From: Raillietiella orientalis
Lineage: Eukaryota
Length of the DNA: 64,000 nucleotides
NCBI GenBank assembly: GCA_036172245.1
Contig: JAYWIR010000003.1
Coordinates: forward strand, 1 to 64,000
Direction of reading: 5' to 3'
Positions 10,432 through 20,470 of this stretch are shown here, piece after piece (within the stretch, counting starts at the first letter, position 1; every line of letters starts with the position of its first letter). The position numbers were made by a program, and so were the translations under genes. The notes under the pieces were generated by a model, which saw only the letters and a list, made by a program, of their open reading frames with translations, made no database searches and was not told where the DNA came from.

Positions 10432-12783
10432 ACACCCGGATGTGCCGGGGCATTTATTTGTTGGAAATAAAAATACATGAAATATCGCGTGGCGAACTCG
10501 AAGGTTCACCACTCCAAAACAGCTTGCTGGTTACCGGCTCCATGCCGGAGAGGTCCTTCCGATGCGCGGGGATGGGAAATAAAGAAAAACAAAAAGAAAC
10601 AAAAAGTTCAAATGTGGGCAGGGAACAAATGTTGTAGGGGTGGGAGGGCCGGGAAGGGATCACGGTGCGCGTGGAAAGGTCCTCTAGATCCTATTCAGGA
10701 TCCGCACAAGCTGAGTCCTTTCAGCGCCCAAGTGGCGCCACTTGCAGACACTGCGCGCGAAAAGGCGAGTCCAGTGTAAGGCGTTGCCGGTTGGCTAGCG
10801 CCTTCTTCTGGTGGCGTTCCAAGCCGCCACTATTCCTCTGATGCAGCAGAGGACTGCTACACTAGCGGGCGGGGACAAGGCGTCACTACAGAAGAGGCGC
10901 CTGAAAACGTCCTTTGGGCCGCATCCGCGCAAGTCCAGGATCGCCGCGAGACGATCCCACAAAGGGCGGAGGGCGCTACACTCAAGGAGAAGGTGGGGGA
11001 ATGTTTCTTTTTCCCCACACCGGTCACAATTGGGATCCACAGCCCCCCGGGTGGTGTGGTGCAGGCGTGCTTTGAATGGTAATCCCCAGAGTACCACAAG
11101 CAACGCCACATCCTGCCATTTCAGGGGGAGGGATGCACTGTTCCAGGACGCTGGGGGCCACTTCATCTCCTCCGGAGATAGTCCGAGTAGCTCACCCCAG
11201 CGTCGAAATCCGTTGGGCGGGACGCTCGGCGTCGCAGCGTGAGCTAGCTGCCGAGATGTCCACGCCTTTATCGATTGTGTCCTACCGCCTATAGTGCAGG
11301 ACACGGTCCATTTCCCCTGCTCGCTACTGTCCCTGGCATTCACAAAGAAGGGCAGCACTGGGGCAAGGGGGGTTATCAAGGCCCACAGAAGCTTGTCGTG
11401 GGACTGCACGATCTCCTGCAGCGTCCAGCGGGCGTGCCTTTTCATACAAGTGTTCCTTGTGCCCGCCGGAACGTGGATCTTTTCCCAGGTGGAGACTGAC
11501 TCGTGCAACCAGGCGGAGTAGTTCCCTGGGAGGCAGGAGATCCAGGCGTTCTCCCGGACCGCAACGAAGATGCGTCGCAGCATAGAGCCACAGTATGGTC
11601 TTCTGCAGACGCGCGCAGACAGAAACGACAAAAGTCCGCCGATTCCGCAGGCTCGTTTGGCCAGGAGGCGTGCTGGAACGCACCAAGGCGTGTCCCACAA
11701 TTCCGCCACAAGGGCAAGAGTCCTGAATCCCAGCTGTAGTTCCATGCGCTCCAGCGTAAGTACGCCAAGTCCACCGTCCTTACGTGGAGCGCACAAGTCT
11801 TTGAGCCTCACACGGGACCTCCCTTTGCCCCAAAGGACTGTCCTCAGGAGGCCCGCTGCTCGTTTCCGAATAAAATAAGGGGCGGGGCAAACAAAAAGTA
11901 GGGGGCGAAGGAGGGGAGCCGCAAACGCGTTCCGCACCGCGGCCCGTTCCTGCAAGTAGAACTTGCCTTCTTGGAACGGTCCGATCGCCAACGCTGCCTT
12001 TTGGAGACGGTCGGACCAGGCTTCTGCTGCGCAGAAGTCCCCCAACGGTACGCCGAGGTACTTGAAGCACCTGCCCGTGGGGATCCCCAAGCAGAGCGCT
12101 GTCGCGAGTCCGCAAGAGAGGCGCGCGACTTTATCGATCGGATGCGCGCGCCTCCACATCGCGTGCACTGTGGCGAACGCCTCCAGTGCAACAATGATGT
12201 CGCGGTCCGTTATTCTCGGCCGAATTCCCGAGAGCTGGACCACGAACGATTGATCCAGGGCCGAGGGGACGACCTCCTTACCCCTGATTTTCTGGGGGGT
12301 TCGCAGTAGGCGCTGGACGAGGGCTGCATCCTTGGAGTGCACCTCCCAATGGCCTACCGCGCTCACTGGCATAATTGCCAGGAGATCGTCCTCTCGGACC
12401 CCTACGCGTTCCAGCTCGCTCCAGAGCTGGTTGCCCGTCCCATCCCGGTACGCGGCACTGACCTTGTAGGCCAGAGGGGGGTTGTAGCCGCTCTCGGCGT
12501 ACGCCCGCAGCTCTGCCTCGTCGGGTGGGGCTCCGTGAGCCGCCGCTGCCTTAGCAACGGCGGCAAAACTTCTCGCTGGAGGCGAAGAACGATCGGTGGA
12601 GGCTTCCACTCCTCCCGAAGAAGGTCCTGCGACGCAGGGGGATTCCTCCACCTCCATTTCTGCGGGCACTAGCTTCATTTTCCTTTGAAAATTGATACCA
12701 CACCCAGAAAACACAACCGCAAAGAAGCACCAAAGACGGAGCGCAAGAATGCACGTCCGAACAATAGAGGGGGGCGTCTAATG
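10432..12783 (-). mobile_element. Copy 5: internally deleted element retaining both ends
   Basis: 5' leader with GGACGTG (12752-12758), ORF1 N-half joined at ~12097 to post-YADD ORF2, and a complete structured 3' UTR (10432-10662). Confidence 0.85.
10795..12678 (-). CDS. Chimeric open frame: ORF1 N-terminal domain fused in frame to the ORF2 thumb/C-terminal finger region
   Basis: ATG at 12678 (MKLVPAEM). ORF1-like GYNPPLAYKV...GLATA is followed directly by LCLGIPTGRCFKYLG...GGLG...CDRCGEKETFPHLLLEC. No knuckles, APE or YADD. Expression unknown. Confidence 0.5.
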   Translation of the reverse strand: MKLVPAEMEVEESPCVAGPSSGGVEASTDRSSPPARSFAAVAKAAAAHGAPPDEAELRAYAESGYNPPLAYKVSAAYRDGTGNQLWSELERVGVREDDLLAIMPVSAVGHWEVHSKDAALVQRLLRTPQKIRGKEVVPSALDQSFVVQLSGIRPRITDRDIIVALEAFATVHAMWRRAHPIDKVARLSCGLATALCLGIPTGRCFKYLGVPLGDFCAAEAWSDRLQKAALAIGPFQEGKFYLQERAAVRNAFAAPLLRPLLFVCPAPYFIRKRAAGLLRTVLWGKGRSRVRLKDLCAPRKDGGLGVLTLERMELQLGFRTLALVAELWDTPWCVPARLLAKRACGIGGLLSFLSARVCRRPYCGSMLRRIFVAVRENAWISCLPGNYSAWLHESVSTWEKIHVPAGTRNTCMKRHARWTLQEIVQSHDKLLWALITPLAPVLPFFVNARDSSEQGKWTVSCTIGGRTQSIKAWTSRQLAHAATPSVPPNGFRRWGELLGLSPEEMKWPPASWNSASLPLKWQDVALLVVLWGLPFKARLHHTTRGAVDPNCDRCGEKETFPHLLLECSALRPLWDRLAAILDLRGCGPKDVFRRLFCSDALSPPASVAVLCCIRGIVAAWNATRRRR

Positions 12784-13227
12784 GTCAGACAGCTCCGACG
12801 CAACTTTTCCCCGTTTGCCGACCCGTGAACACAGGTCGACATCCAGGAAGACGTGGTCGATGCTCCTGACCATTTCCGAAGGATCCTCTAACAAGTTGTG
12901 CGTGCGCATGGCAGCGCACAACTCGTTAGCCGTCCGTTCCTGTGCGTGTGGCTCACCTGATAGCAGGCGGAGATTAAAGTACCTCAGAGCCGGTCGCGTG
13001 CCTCGCGGCGCACGTGGCTGTTTTTTTTTTTAAACATTAAACACTATTTTGTTTCCACGCCCCTCCGCCCGCGGCAACCCGCAGGGGGACGTGTAATTCT
13101 TCAGGATAGGGGGCAACCCGGGATGGGGGTCCGCCCTATGAATCCAGGAAGGGCTCGGAGTCCGTTCCTCTCACGCTTGAGGAGGGATTCCCCCGGACGG
13201 GGGGAATCGCACCTCCCACCCTGGTTG

Positions 13228-13460
13228 TCTCCGAAGGGGAACCCCGAAGGGAATCTCCTTCCTCATTCTCTCCGGAGGGACACCCCCCACCAATGGGGAG
13301 GGGCTGTCCTCTCCATTTCAACTTCATTTCAACTTCTCCGAAGGGAACCCGGAAAGGATCCGCTTGTAGGAATTTCTTCTCCTGAGGGAACCCGCAAGGG
13401 AACCGCTCCTTTATTCACTCCTCTGAAGAGAACCCCGAAGGGACGCTTCCGAAACTCAGA
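13228..13460 (+). repeat. Degenerate ~41-43 bp tandem repeat of small hairpins
   Basis: Units like TCTCCGAAGGGAACCCCGAAGGGA start at ~13228, 13269, 13335, 13378 and 13419. Confidence 0.65.
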
Positions 13461-13754
13461 AGGGGCGCTGCAGCTTCCCGCAGGAAATCGCTCTCGCTTC
13501 CTTGTGCACTCTGTGAAGAGGTGACGACTCGGAGGGTCCCCCGGTGGGGGGGGGTCCGCTCTCCGTTGCAGGACAGGAGGGGGGGACTCCCCACTCCTTG
13601 ATTCCTGGGAGGACCCAAAGGTCGACTCCCATTGTTCCGGCCTCATCGGGGGCCTCCGGCTTAATCCACCTCCGGTGCCACGCCCGAATGTCTCGGCCAA
13701 CTAGCGCCATTGCAGGAGAAACTCGGAACTCAACAACGCAGTGGCGTCAGAGTT

Positions 13755-13826
13755 TCTGCCGAAGTATTCGAACCCGCGACGCATGGTGCCACACGCGGAA
13801 GCCTTAACCACAAGGCCTCCGACGCG
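13755..13826 (-). other. tRNA-derived (SINE-head-like) sequence, not a functional tRNA
   Basis: A-box/D-arm GGCCTTGTGGTTAAGGC (GCCT/AGGC pair) and B-box GGTTCGAATAC at tRNA-like spacing; anticodon and acceptor stems do not pair. Confidence 0.55.
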
Positions 13827-16286
13827 GGAGCCGCCGCTGCCTTAGCAACGGAGATTAAAGTCTCCCGCTATCAGGTGAGCCACGCGCACGTTCGCTTCCA
13901 CCAGCCAGTCGCGCTTCAGAGTTTCCAGGAACGCCTTACGTTTTTGGTACCTGGTAGGACCGCTCGGAGCGTACACATTTGTTACGACGAGGTCGATCGT
14001 GTCGGACCACCTGAGAGTCAGCTGGCCGACACGACCGGCTTCGTCGAAGCGCACGCCCTTCACGGCTGCGTCGACTGCCGGCTTCATAAAAAACGGGACG
14101 CCGAAGGTGTATCGGGTGCCGCATTGTCACATTAGCCGTCCCCCTGCGATCCTTTCGATCTCCTGGGCGTTCTCCCCGGTGATCACGTGGATCTCCTGCA
14201 GGAGTGCCAGGTCGAAGTCACGCAGGGTGGCTGCCGTGTCCCGTCTGTTGCTGTCGTCGCGCAGCCCGTGGACGTTCCAACATGCCACACGCAATCGACG
14301 GCGACAGGCGAGCCCAGGTGTTATTCCCGGGAAAGTGGCAATGGGGCTCCCGCCACCTGGTCGGGCGGGACGGATGGAGGAATGGGATCACCGCGCACCG
14401 GTTCTCCCTCCTCCATGGGGGCCGATTCCTCGGCGGACCGAAACGGTTGAAGGGGGCGGGTTTCACGCACCTGCTCCCCCTATTCCATGGGGGCTGATTC
14501 GTCGGCTGCGCTGGACGGCAGGAAGGAGCGGTTGTCAGCTGTCTGCTACCCCTCCTCCATGGCTATCTCCTGAGCAGGTTCCACCGTTGGGTGGGGGCGG
14601 CAATCACTCACCTTATCCCCCTCCTCCATGGGGGTCGCCAGCTGCTCGGTAGCAAAGGGTGGGAAAATCCCTCCCTCCGTTCCCACGCTGCCGGCTTCCC
14701 CCTCGGATGCCGGTGCGTCCCCCTCCTTCTTTGTCGGGATGCGCCTCTTTGGATTTTTGGACTTCCGTCCAGTCTTCTTCGGAGGCGCCTCCGCGGAGGA
14801 GGACGCACTTCCGGCATCCGGTTCGTGGTCACCTGTCGGAGGTGCCTTGCTCGCGGCCGGCCTTCGCAAGGCCTTTCGCGCGCCGTTCTCACGCTCCGCG
14901 AGTTCGGCCGCGAGCTCTTCCGCCGCCTGCTGGAAGGCGGCGTCCTCGATTGCGGCGAGCGCGTCGCTCGGCTCCTTCTCTGTTTGCACAGAAGGTTCGC
15001 CTTCCTCGATCGCGGCTTCGGCGTCAACGAGGCGGGAGATATCTCCCCCGGTGGAGGTCTCGGGGATCTCCACGCGCTCCAAAGCGACCGAACATTCGCG
15101 GAGCAAAGCGCGGCGTTGTCTTCTTTTTAAAGAAGTTGTCGCGGGTTCCGCTGTCGGTTCTTCGGTTTTTCTGCTTTTTTTACTTTTCGGCTTCGCTGTC
15201 CGCCAGTCCTCGTTGTCACCAGCGTCGTCGGGAGTTTTCTCGACCGCCGTTTGCTGGGAGCATTCGGACTCTGGCTTTTTGCTTGGCCATTCCTTTGCTT
15301 CTTTTGGCTTGCTTGTTTTCTCCAAGCGTTTCCCCTTACCTTTTTCCAAGGCAGAGGGCGCTGGAGGTTCCCGCTTTGGGCACACTTTTCGGAGGTAGCC
15401 CTTCTCTCCGCAGTGGAAACACTGGATGTGAGGGCACCGTTTTTTCAGGTGCCCTGTGGCATCACAGTGTCCACAGTACTTGGGCTTGCCCACGTACCAG
15501 ACGTCGACGACCTCGTTGCCTACGTCGAGTTTGTGGGGCAGCCCACCGTTTTTGTGGACCGTCACACGCGCTGCAGCCATGCCACTGAACAGTCTTCCGT
15601 ATGTTTGGAAGACGTTGGGCTTGGTCCAGAGCGCGTGCACCGTACCATGTTTTTGCAATTCTTCCTGCACGCCAGCTTTTGTCATGCGCAGAGTTACACC
15701 GGTTAGGTGTGCAACAATGGAGCGGTCCTCCGTTACAGGGAAGACCTTTCGGCCTTCCAGAGTGATGAGAGTGTTCAGCAGGCGTTGAGCCAGACTTGCA
15801 ATTTTTCAAGTCAGCTCCACCCGCTGGCCCCCACTCATCACGGAGAGACCTTCCAGGTCTTCCTCTTTCACATCCAACCGCTGTAACTCTCTTTCAAAGT
15901 TACGAGCGGTGTTCCCCACAAACAGATTTCCTACCTTGTAAATCAAGGACGGCTTGTATCCTTGTTCAAGGTAGGCGCGCTGTTCTGCTAAGGCTGCAGG
16001 AGATGGCGCTGCAGCCACTGAGCTCCAGGTCTTCGTCGTTGCCGAGGAAGGATCCAAAGACGCGGTTGCCCCCTTTTTCAAGAGGGCGGTTGCTCTCTCC
16101 TCCATGGGGACGGTTGCCCCCACCTCAATAGGTTGGGGAGAGGAGCAATCCTCTCCCCCGCCGACTTCCATCGCGGTGTCCTCAGGCATTTCTGCCATTG
16201 GACACCGCAGATGCTCCACACACAAACACTACCGAAAAAGAACGCTTTACAACAGGCGCAGAGGAGCGCGGAAAAAACACGTCCGC

Positions 16287-18625
16287 ACGCCAAGTTGATA
16301 GCTAAGGTTTGGGCTGAGCGTTTGGGACGGGTTGCAAACGCCTTCCTCAGCCCGGAACAGACGTATGCTGTTCCGGGGCGAAGCATGGAGGCGAATCTGT
16401 TCCACGCTTCCACCTGGCTAGAACTCCAACACGAAAGGGGCTTGGTGTGCAGCCGGAATTCCGGTGCGTGCGCCGGCAAGGTGTGGGATGGTCGGGTGGG
16501 GAAGGGAGCCCTTGCGGTCGCAATCGACTTGCGGAAAGCATTCGACAGCGTCGACCAGAATCCCCTGCTGGAGCTTTTGGAACGCTTGGGCTTCACGGCC
16601 TCATTATTGTCCTATCTGCGCTCCAGCTGGCGCGATTCGCTAATCAATCTTACTTTCAGCGGGCAGACTGTTCACGGCGTGCCGGTCCGACGTGGGATAC
16701 GGCAGGGAGACAGTCTGAGCCCCTTGCTGTTCAGTACCTACTTCGAGTTGGTACTGAGAGCGTACAAGGAAACTCTGGCGCACCTGCCGCACGAATGCGC
16801 CGGAACGCCTGCGGTTTCAGCATATGCGGACGACCTTCTGCTGCTGCTCCCTATGTCCACCCCGGCTTCGGCGGTCGAGAAGTTCTTCGACCTGCTGAAT
16901 CGAGGAACCGGACTTACGGTGAACAGGGCGAAGTCGTCCGTGATGCCAGTTGTTGCGGCGCGGGCAGGGCAGCAGGACTGGGTCCGTTTGGGGATCTCCA
17001 CGGTGAGGTACTTCAAGTACCTTGGTGTGCCGTTGGGGGACTGCTTCCCTGCGGAAGCTTGGTCCGGCTGCCTCCAAAAAGTAGTGACAGCTATCGGCCC
17101 GTTCCGAGGCGGCAGGTTTTTCCTGCCTGAACGGGCCGCGGTTTGGAACATGTTCGCGGCTCCTCTCCTCCGTTCACTGCTTTTTGTTTGCACCCTTACA
17201 AATAGGATAAAAAAGCTGACGAAGGACCTCCTCCGTATCGCCCTTTGGGGCAAAGGGAGGGCCCGAGTCCGCTTAAAGGACTTGTGCGCTCCGCGTCGGG
17301 ACGGTGGTCTCGGCCTCCTGACATTGGAGCGGCTGGAGCTGCAGCTCCAGTTCCGGATTTTGACACTTGTGCCGGAGTTGTGGTGCACCTGTTGGTGCGT
17401 CCCTGCACGTCTCCTCCTTTAGCAAGCCACCGGCAAGACGGAACTTACGTCCTTTCTTGCACTTCGTCGCCGCGTCAACCGATGCGGACTCCAGCTACGG
17501 AGGGTGGCTGCGCTGACACGGAAAAACTACGGATTGATCACCTTTCGCCCTGCGAACGGTAGTTTCTGGTTGCAGGAAACCGTCCGCACGTGGGGACAGT
17601 TCGGCATGCAACGCTCCCAACAGGAACGAAGGTTCTTGTTTGGGGGTTACAGAAGTTGCACGCTCCGTGAGATCCTGGAGGATCCAAAGAAGAGAGCGTG
17701 GTCAGGAAGAACCCCCCTCGCTGCTGCGCTGGACTCCCTAGTGGAACATCAGGACAGCGATGTTGCGGCGAAGTGGGAGGTTACAGTGACAATCTCCGGG
17801 AAGGAGAAGAAGATAGGAGAGTGGAAGATGGGTCAGCTGACTGACGCTGCCAGCCCGAGTACGCCTCCCCATGGACTTCTCCGCTGGGGCGCGCTGCTCG
17901 ACGTTCCCATTGAACGTCTGAAGTGGCCCCCGGTACTTATGAACACCTCCACCCTCCCCTTAAAATGGAAGGAGTCCGCTCTCCTGTTGCAGCACTGGGG
18001 ACTCCCCTGCAACGCCCGCCGACACCACTGTACCTGGGGAGCGGTGGATCCCAATTGTGTTAGGTTTGGGGAACGGGAGTCCCTCCCCCACCTGCTTGTG
18101 GATTGTGTTGCCCTTAGGACCCTTTGGTTCCGCTTTGCAGCGGCCATCGTAATCCCCTGCGGCAATCCCAGGGACGCTCTCAAAGCCCTCTTCGTTGCCG
18201 ACGCCCTTCGGCCAGCGGCCTCGTTAGCAGCCCTGTGCTGCCTACGCGGAATCGTCGCCGCCTGGAGCAAGGCTACGGGAGGACCACGCGACAAGGGTGC
18301 CATCCAGCCAGCCTCCGAATTCTTGAGGAGGGCGTTGAGATGGCCCCACATGGATCCCGGAATGCAGAAAGAGCTTGCCGGCATCCTGCGAAGGATGCAA
18401 CGGCCCCACCAGCTACAGTGATCCCTTCCCGCACCATTCCACGTTTTCTTTTGTTTTTTGTTTTATTTGTTCCCCTTCCCCCTGCTGCCGTGGTGGACCG
18501 TACCGGTCTGAGAACCGGTGACCCAGCAGGCTCTGTGTTGTTTCTTTGGGCGTGGCTGGATCAATGGTCCAGCCATAGTGCATGTAAAGAGTTTACTTTT
18601 AAATAAATTCCCCAGCGACCAAGGT
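16287..18625 (+). mobile_element. 5'-truncated copy 7 (RT to 3' end), close to the copy 2 ORF2
   Basis: AKLIAKVWAERL, KAFDSVD, GIRQGDSLSPLLF, YADD, FKYLG, GGLG. TAG at 17420-17422, stop at 18421, then 3' UTR hairpins and AATAAA at 18602. Confidence 0.92.
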
Positions 18626-18969
18626 CAATAACGAAAACCTTTTGCAGTCGACTTGGACAGCGAGAGTCCTTTGTCGGATAGAATTTATCACAACTATCCT
18701 AACATGTCTTCATGAAGTTCCTTATTATTATTCTTGTTAATTTTCCGTAATCGCTTTCTAATGATTTTAGAAATAAAGTGAATAGAAGGTAATAAATGCT
18801 TCCTTGGATAAGCAACCGCAAAATAGATCCGTGTGTGACAATCTATTTTGCGGTTTTGTTCATGCTTGGTTATCCGCAACCCATTACTCAGATTTTTTGA
18901 GGTTTGCAATTTTATATATGGCTACATTAATTTGTTGGGGATTTACACAACAAATATTTTCTTAAAATC

Positions 18970-19480
18970 CTTCGGCGTTGCGGTACGGAGGACGAAAAAC
19001 TATCCCACGTACTAAATAGATGCAAGAAGCACGTCCCTTTGACGATGCAGCGCCATGATGCCATTCTAGAAATCATCAGAAAGGCTGCAGCGGAGGAAGT
19101 GGAATCTTGTGTCAAGCAATCGCAGAGTACCAGGAACCACGTCAACTCTAAAACCGGACCTGGTTATAGGAAAAAGAGACCGAATAGGTGTGCTGGATAT
19201 CTGCTGCCCATTCGAAAATGGAAAGGAGACGTTCACCACAGAGAGGGGGGTCAAAGAAGCAAGATACCAAGATATCGCCATGCAACTCGGAAACAGTGGA
19301 AAACACACAAAAGTGCATGCGATCATTGTCGGCTCACTGGGAGCATAGGATCCTGGAAATGAAGAGGTACTACAATACCTAGGAATACCATAAAAGAAGC
19401 TTGTGAGGCTAATACAACGGATGGTAGCCACCTGCATCCGGTATTGAAGTAGCATATATGCAAGCCACGTAAGAAGGAAA
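18970..19480 (+). pseudogene. C-terminal relic of a restriction-like-endonuclease (R2/NeSL/Utopia-type) non-LTR retrotransposon
   Basis: LRRCGTEDEKLSHVLNRC, RHDAIL, LKPDLV...LDICCPFE, KEARY, IIVGSLGA; one frameshift and several stops. Confidence 0.85.
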
Positions 19481-20470
19481 AGCGCAGCCCAACCCGATGA
19501 TCTGGATAATGATCTCCCTCCAGAAGGATTCGAGGAAAGCAGCGAAGACCCATGAAGAACAGGGACAAAACAACAATCGCGGAAGATTCTGCAGAGCCAT
19601 TCCAAGAGTAGCTTTATATAATCAAGGACTGTCGTGTTTAAAGCATGTGCACAAACATATTTGCAACACATGGATTATGTAAGTCTAGAAGTAAGCACAC
19701 AAACTATTGGAACCACACAATAAAAACCGCATAAAATTGTCAGTAAAGATTACATTTACGCAAGGGAAACAAAAACACAACAGCATTATCACTTCCATTA
19801 TTCAATTATCAGCAAAACAAGTCATAGTAGTCAAATGAAAGTATTCTGCAGAATTTGCGTTCTGAAGGAAAACTTAGTGCTTCCTGGGATGAGTAATTAT
19901 CATGAAAGCACAGCCTCTTCCCATGTAATCTCTCTTAGACTATAAGTATCAAGTTTCTATGGTTGCTAACTAGATTTCTGAGTACCTTGAAATAAATCAA
20001 TGTTGCCCGTAAGGATAATTCACTGTATCAAATTGAATTTACTTTCTTGATTGCCAGTAGGTTTCATTTAGCTGAATTATTTAAATAGAATTACATGAGA
20101 AATTAGCTATTTTTGTTTTTGTTCCTAATTGAGGGATGTATTCCCTGATGAGAAAATGAAAAATTCTTTGCAACCATTACGATCATTTTTTTTTGACAGA
20201 TATTTGCAATTTGATAAATTCTCCAAAGTTCTTAAACAAATATACAACACCTGTCCAAGGACTAATTTTTTTCCCTCAGGTATTTATGAATTTGAATTGT
20301 CATGAATAATGAGTTCCCTTAAAAACAAACAATGGAACAAAAACACTAAAGAGAATAACTACGGAAATGCATCAGACTTTCTGGGAAATTTATTTAGCAT
20401 TTTGGATTAATACAAAAACTGTTGCTGGAATGGATCTGGAGAATCTTTCGTGAATGATGTTGCATATATC

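Larger units (their letters stand above)
12981..13848. mobile_element. 868-bp composite insertion flanked by a 13-bp direct repeat (probable target-site duplication)
   Basis: CGGAGATTAAAGT at 12968-12980 and 13849-13861; the APE reading continues across it once the insert is removed. Confidence 0.75.
12784..16286 (-). mobile_element. Copy 6: 5' UTR + ORF1 + APE domain (interrupted by an insert), truncated at the SDH motif
   Basis: ATG at 16198. ORF1 pieces 15806-16225 and 14546-15685 with CGHCDATGHLKKRC. APE motifs WNVHG, LQEIH, NVYAP, AGDFN (to ~13850) resume at ~12980 with IDHVF and SDH. Confidence 0.88.

Noticed and set aside
13228..13460. CRISPR-like repeat/spacer array
   Set aside because: Repeats are degenerate, spacing is irregular, the context is eukaryotic and there are no cas genes.
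13755..13826. Functional tRNA gene
   Set aside because: Only the D-arm pairs; T, anticodon and acceptor stems are broken.
16133..17422. Track ORF read as an intact 429-aa RT gene (likewise 9369-10478 and 6521-7594 as complete genes)
   Set aside because: Their ends run across element junctions into unrelated or antisense sequence, so they are not native termini.
97..18384. Many antisense and alternate-frame ORFs over the retroelements
   Set aside because: Shadow frames of GC-rich ORF1/ORF2; their repetition only reflects the repeated elements.
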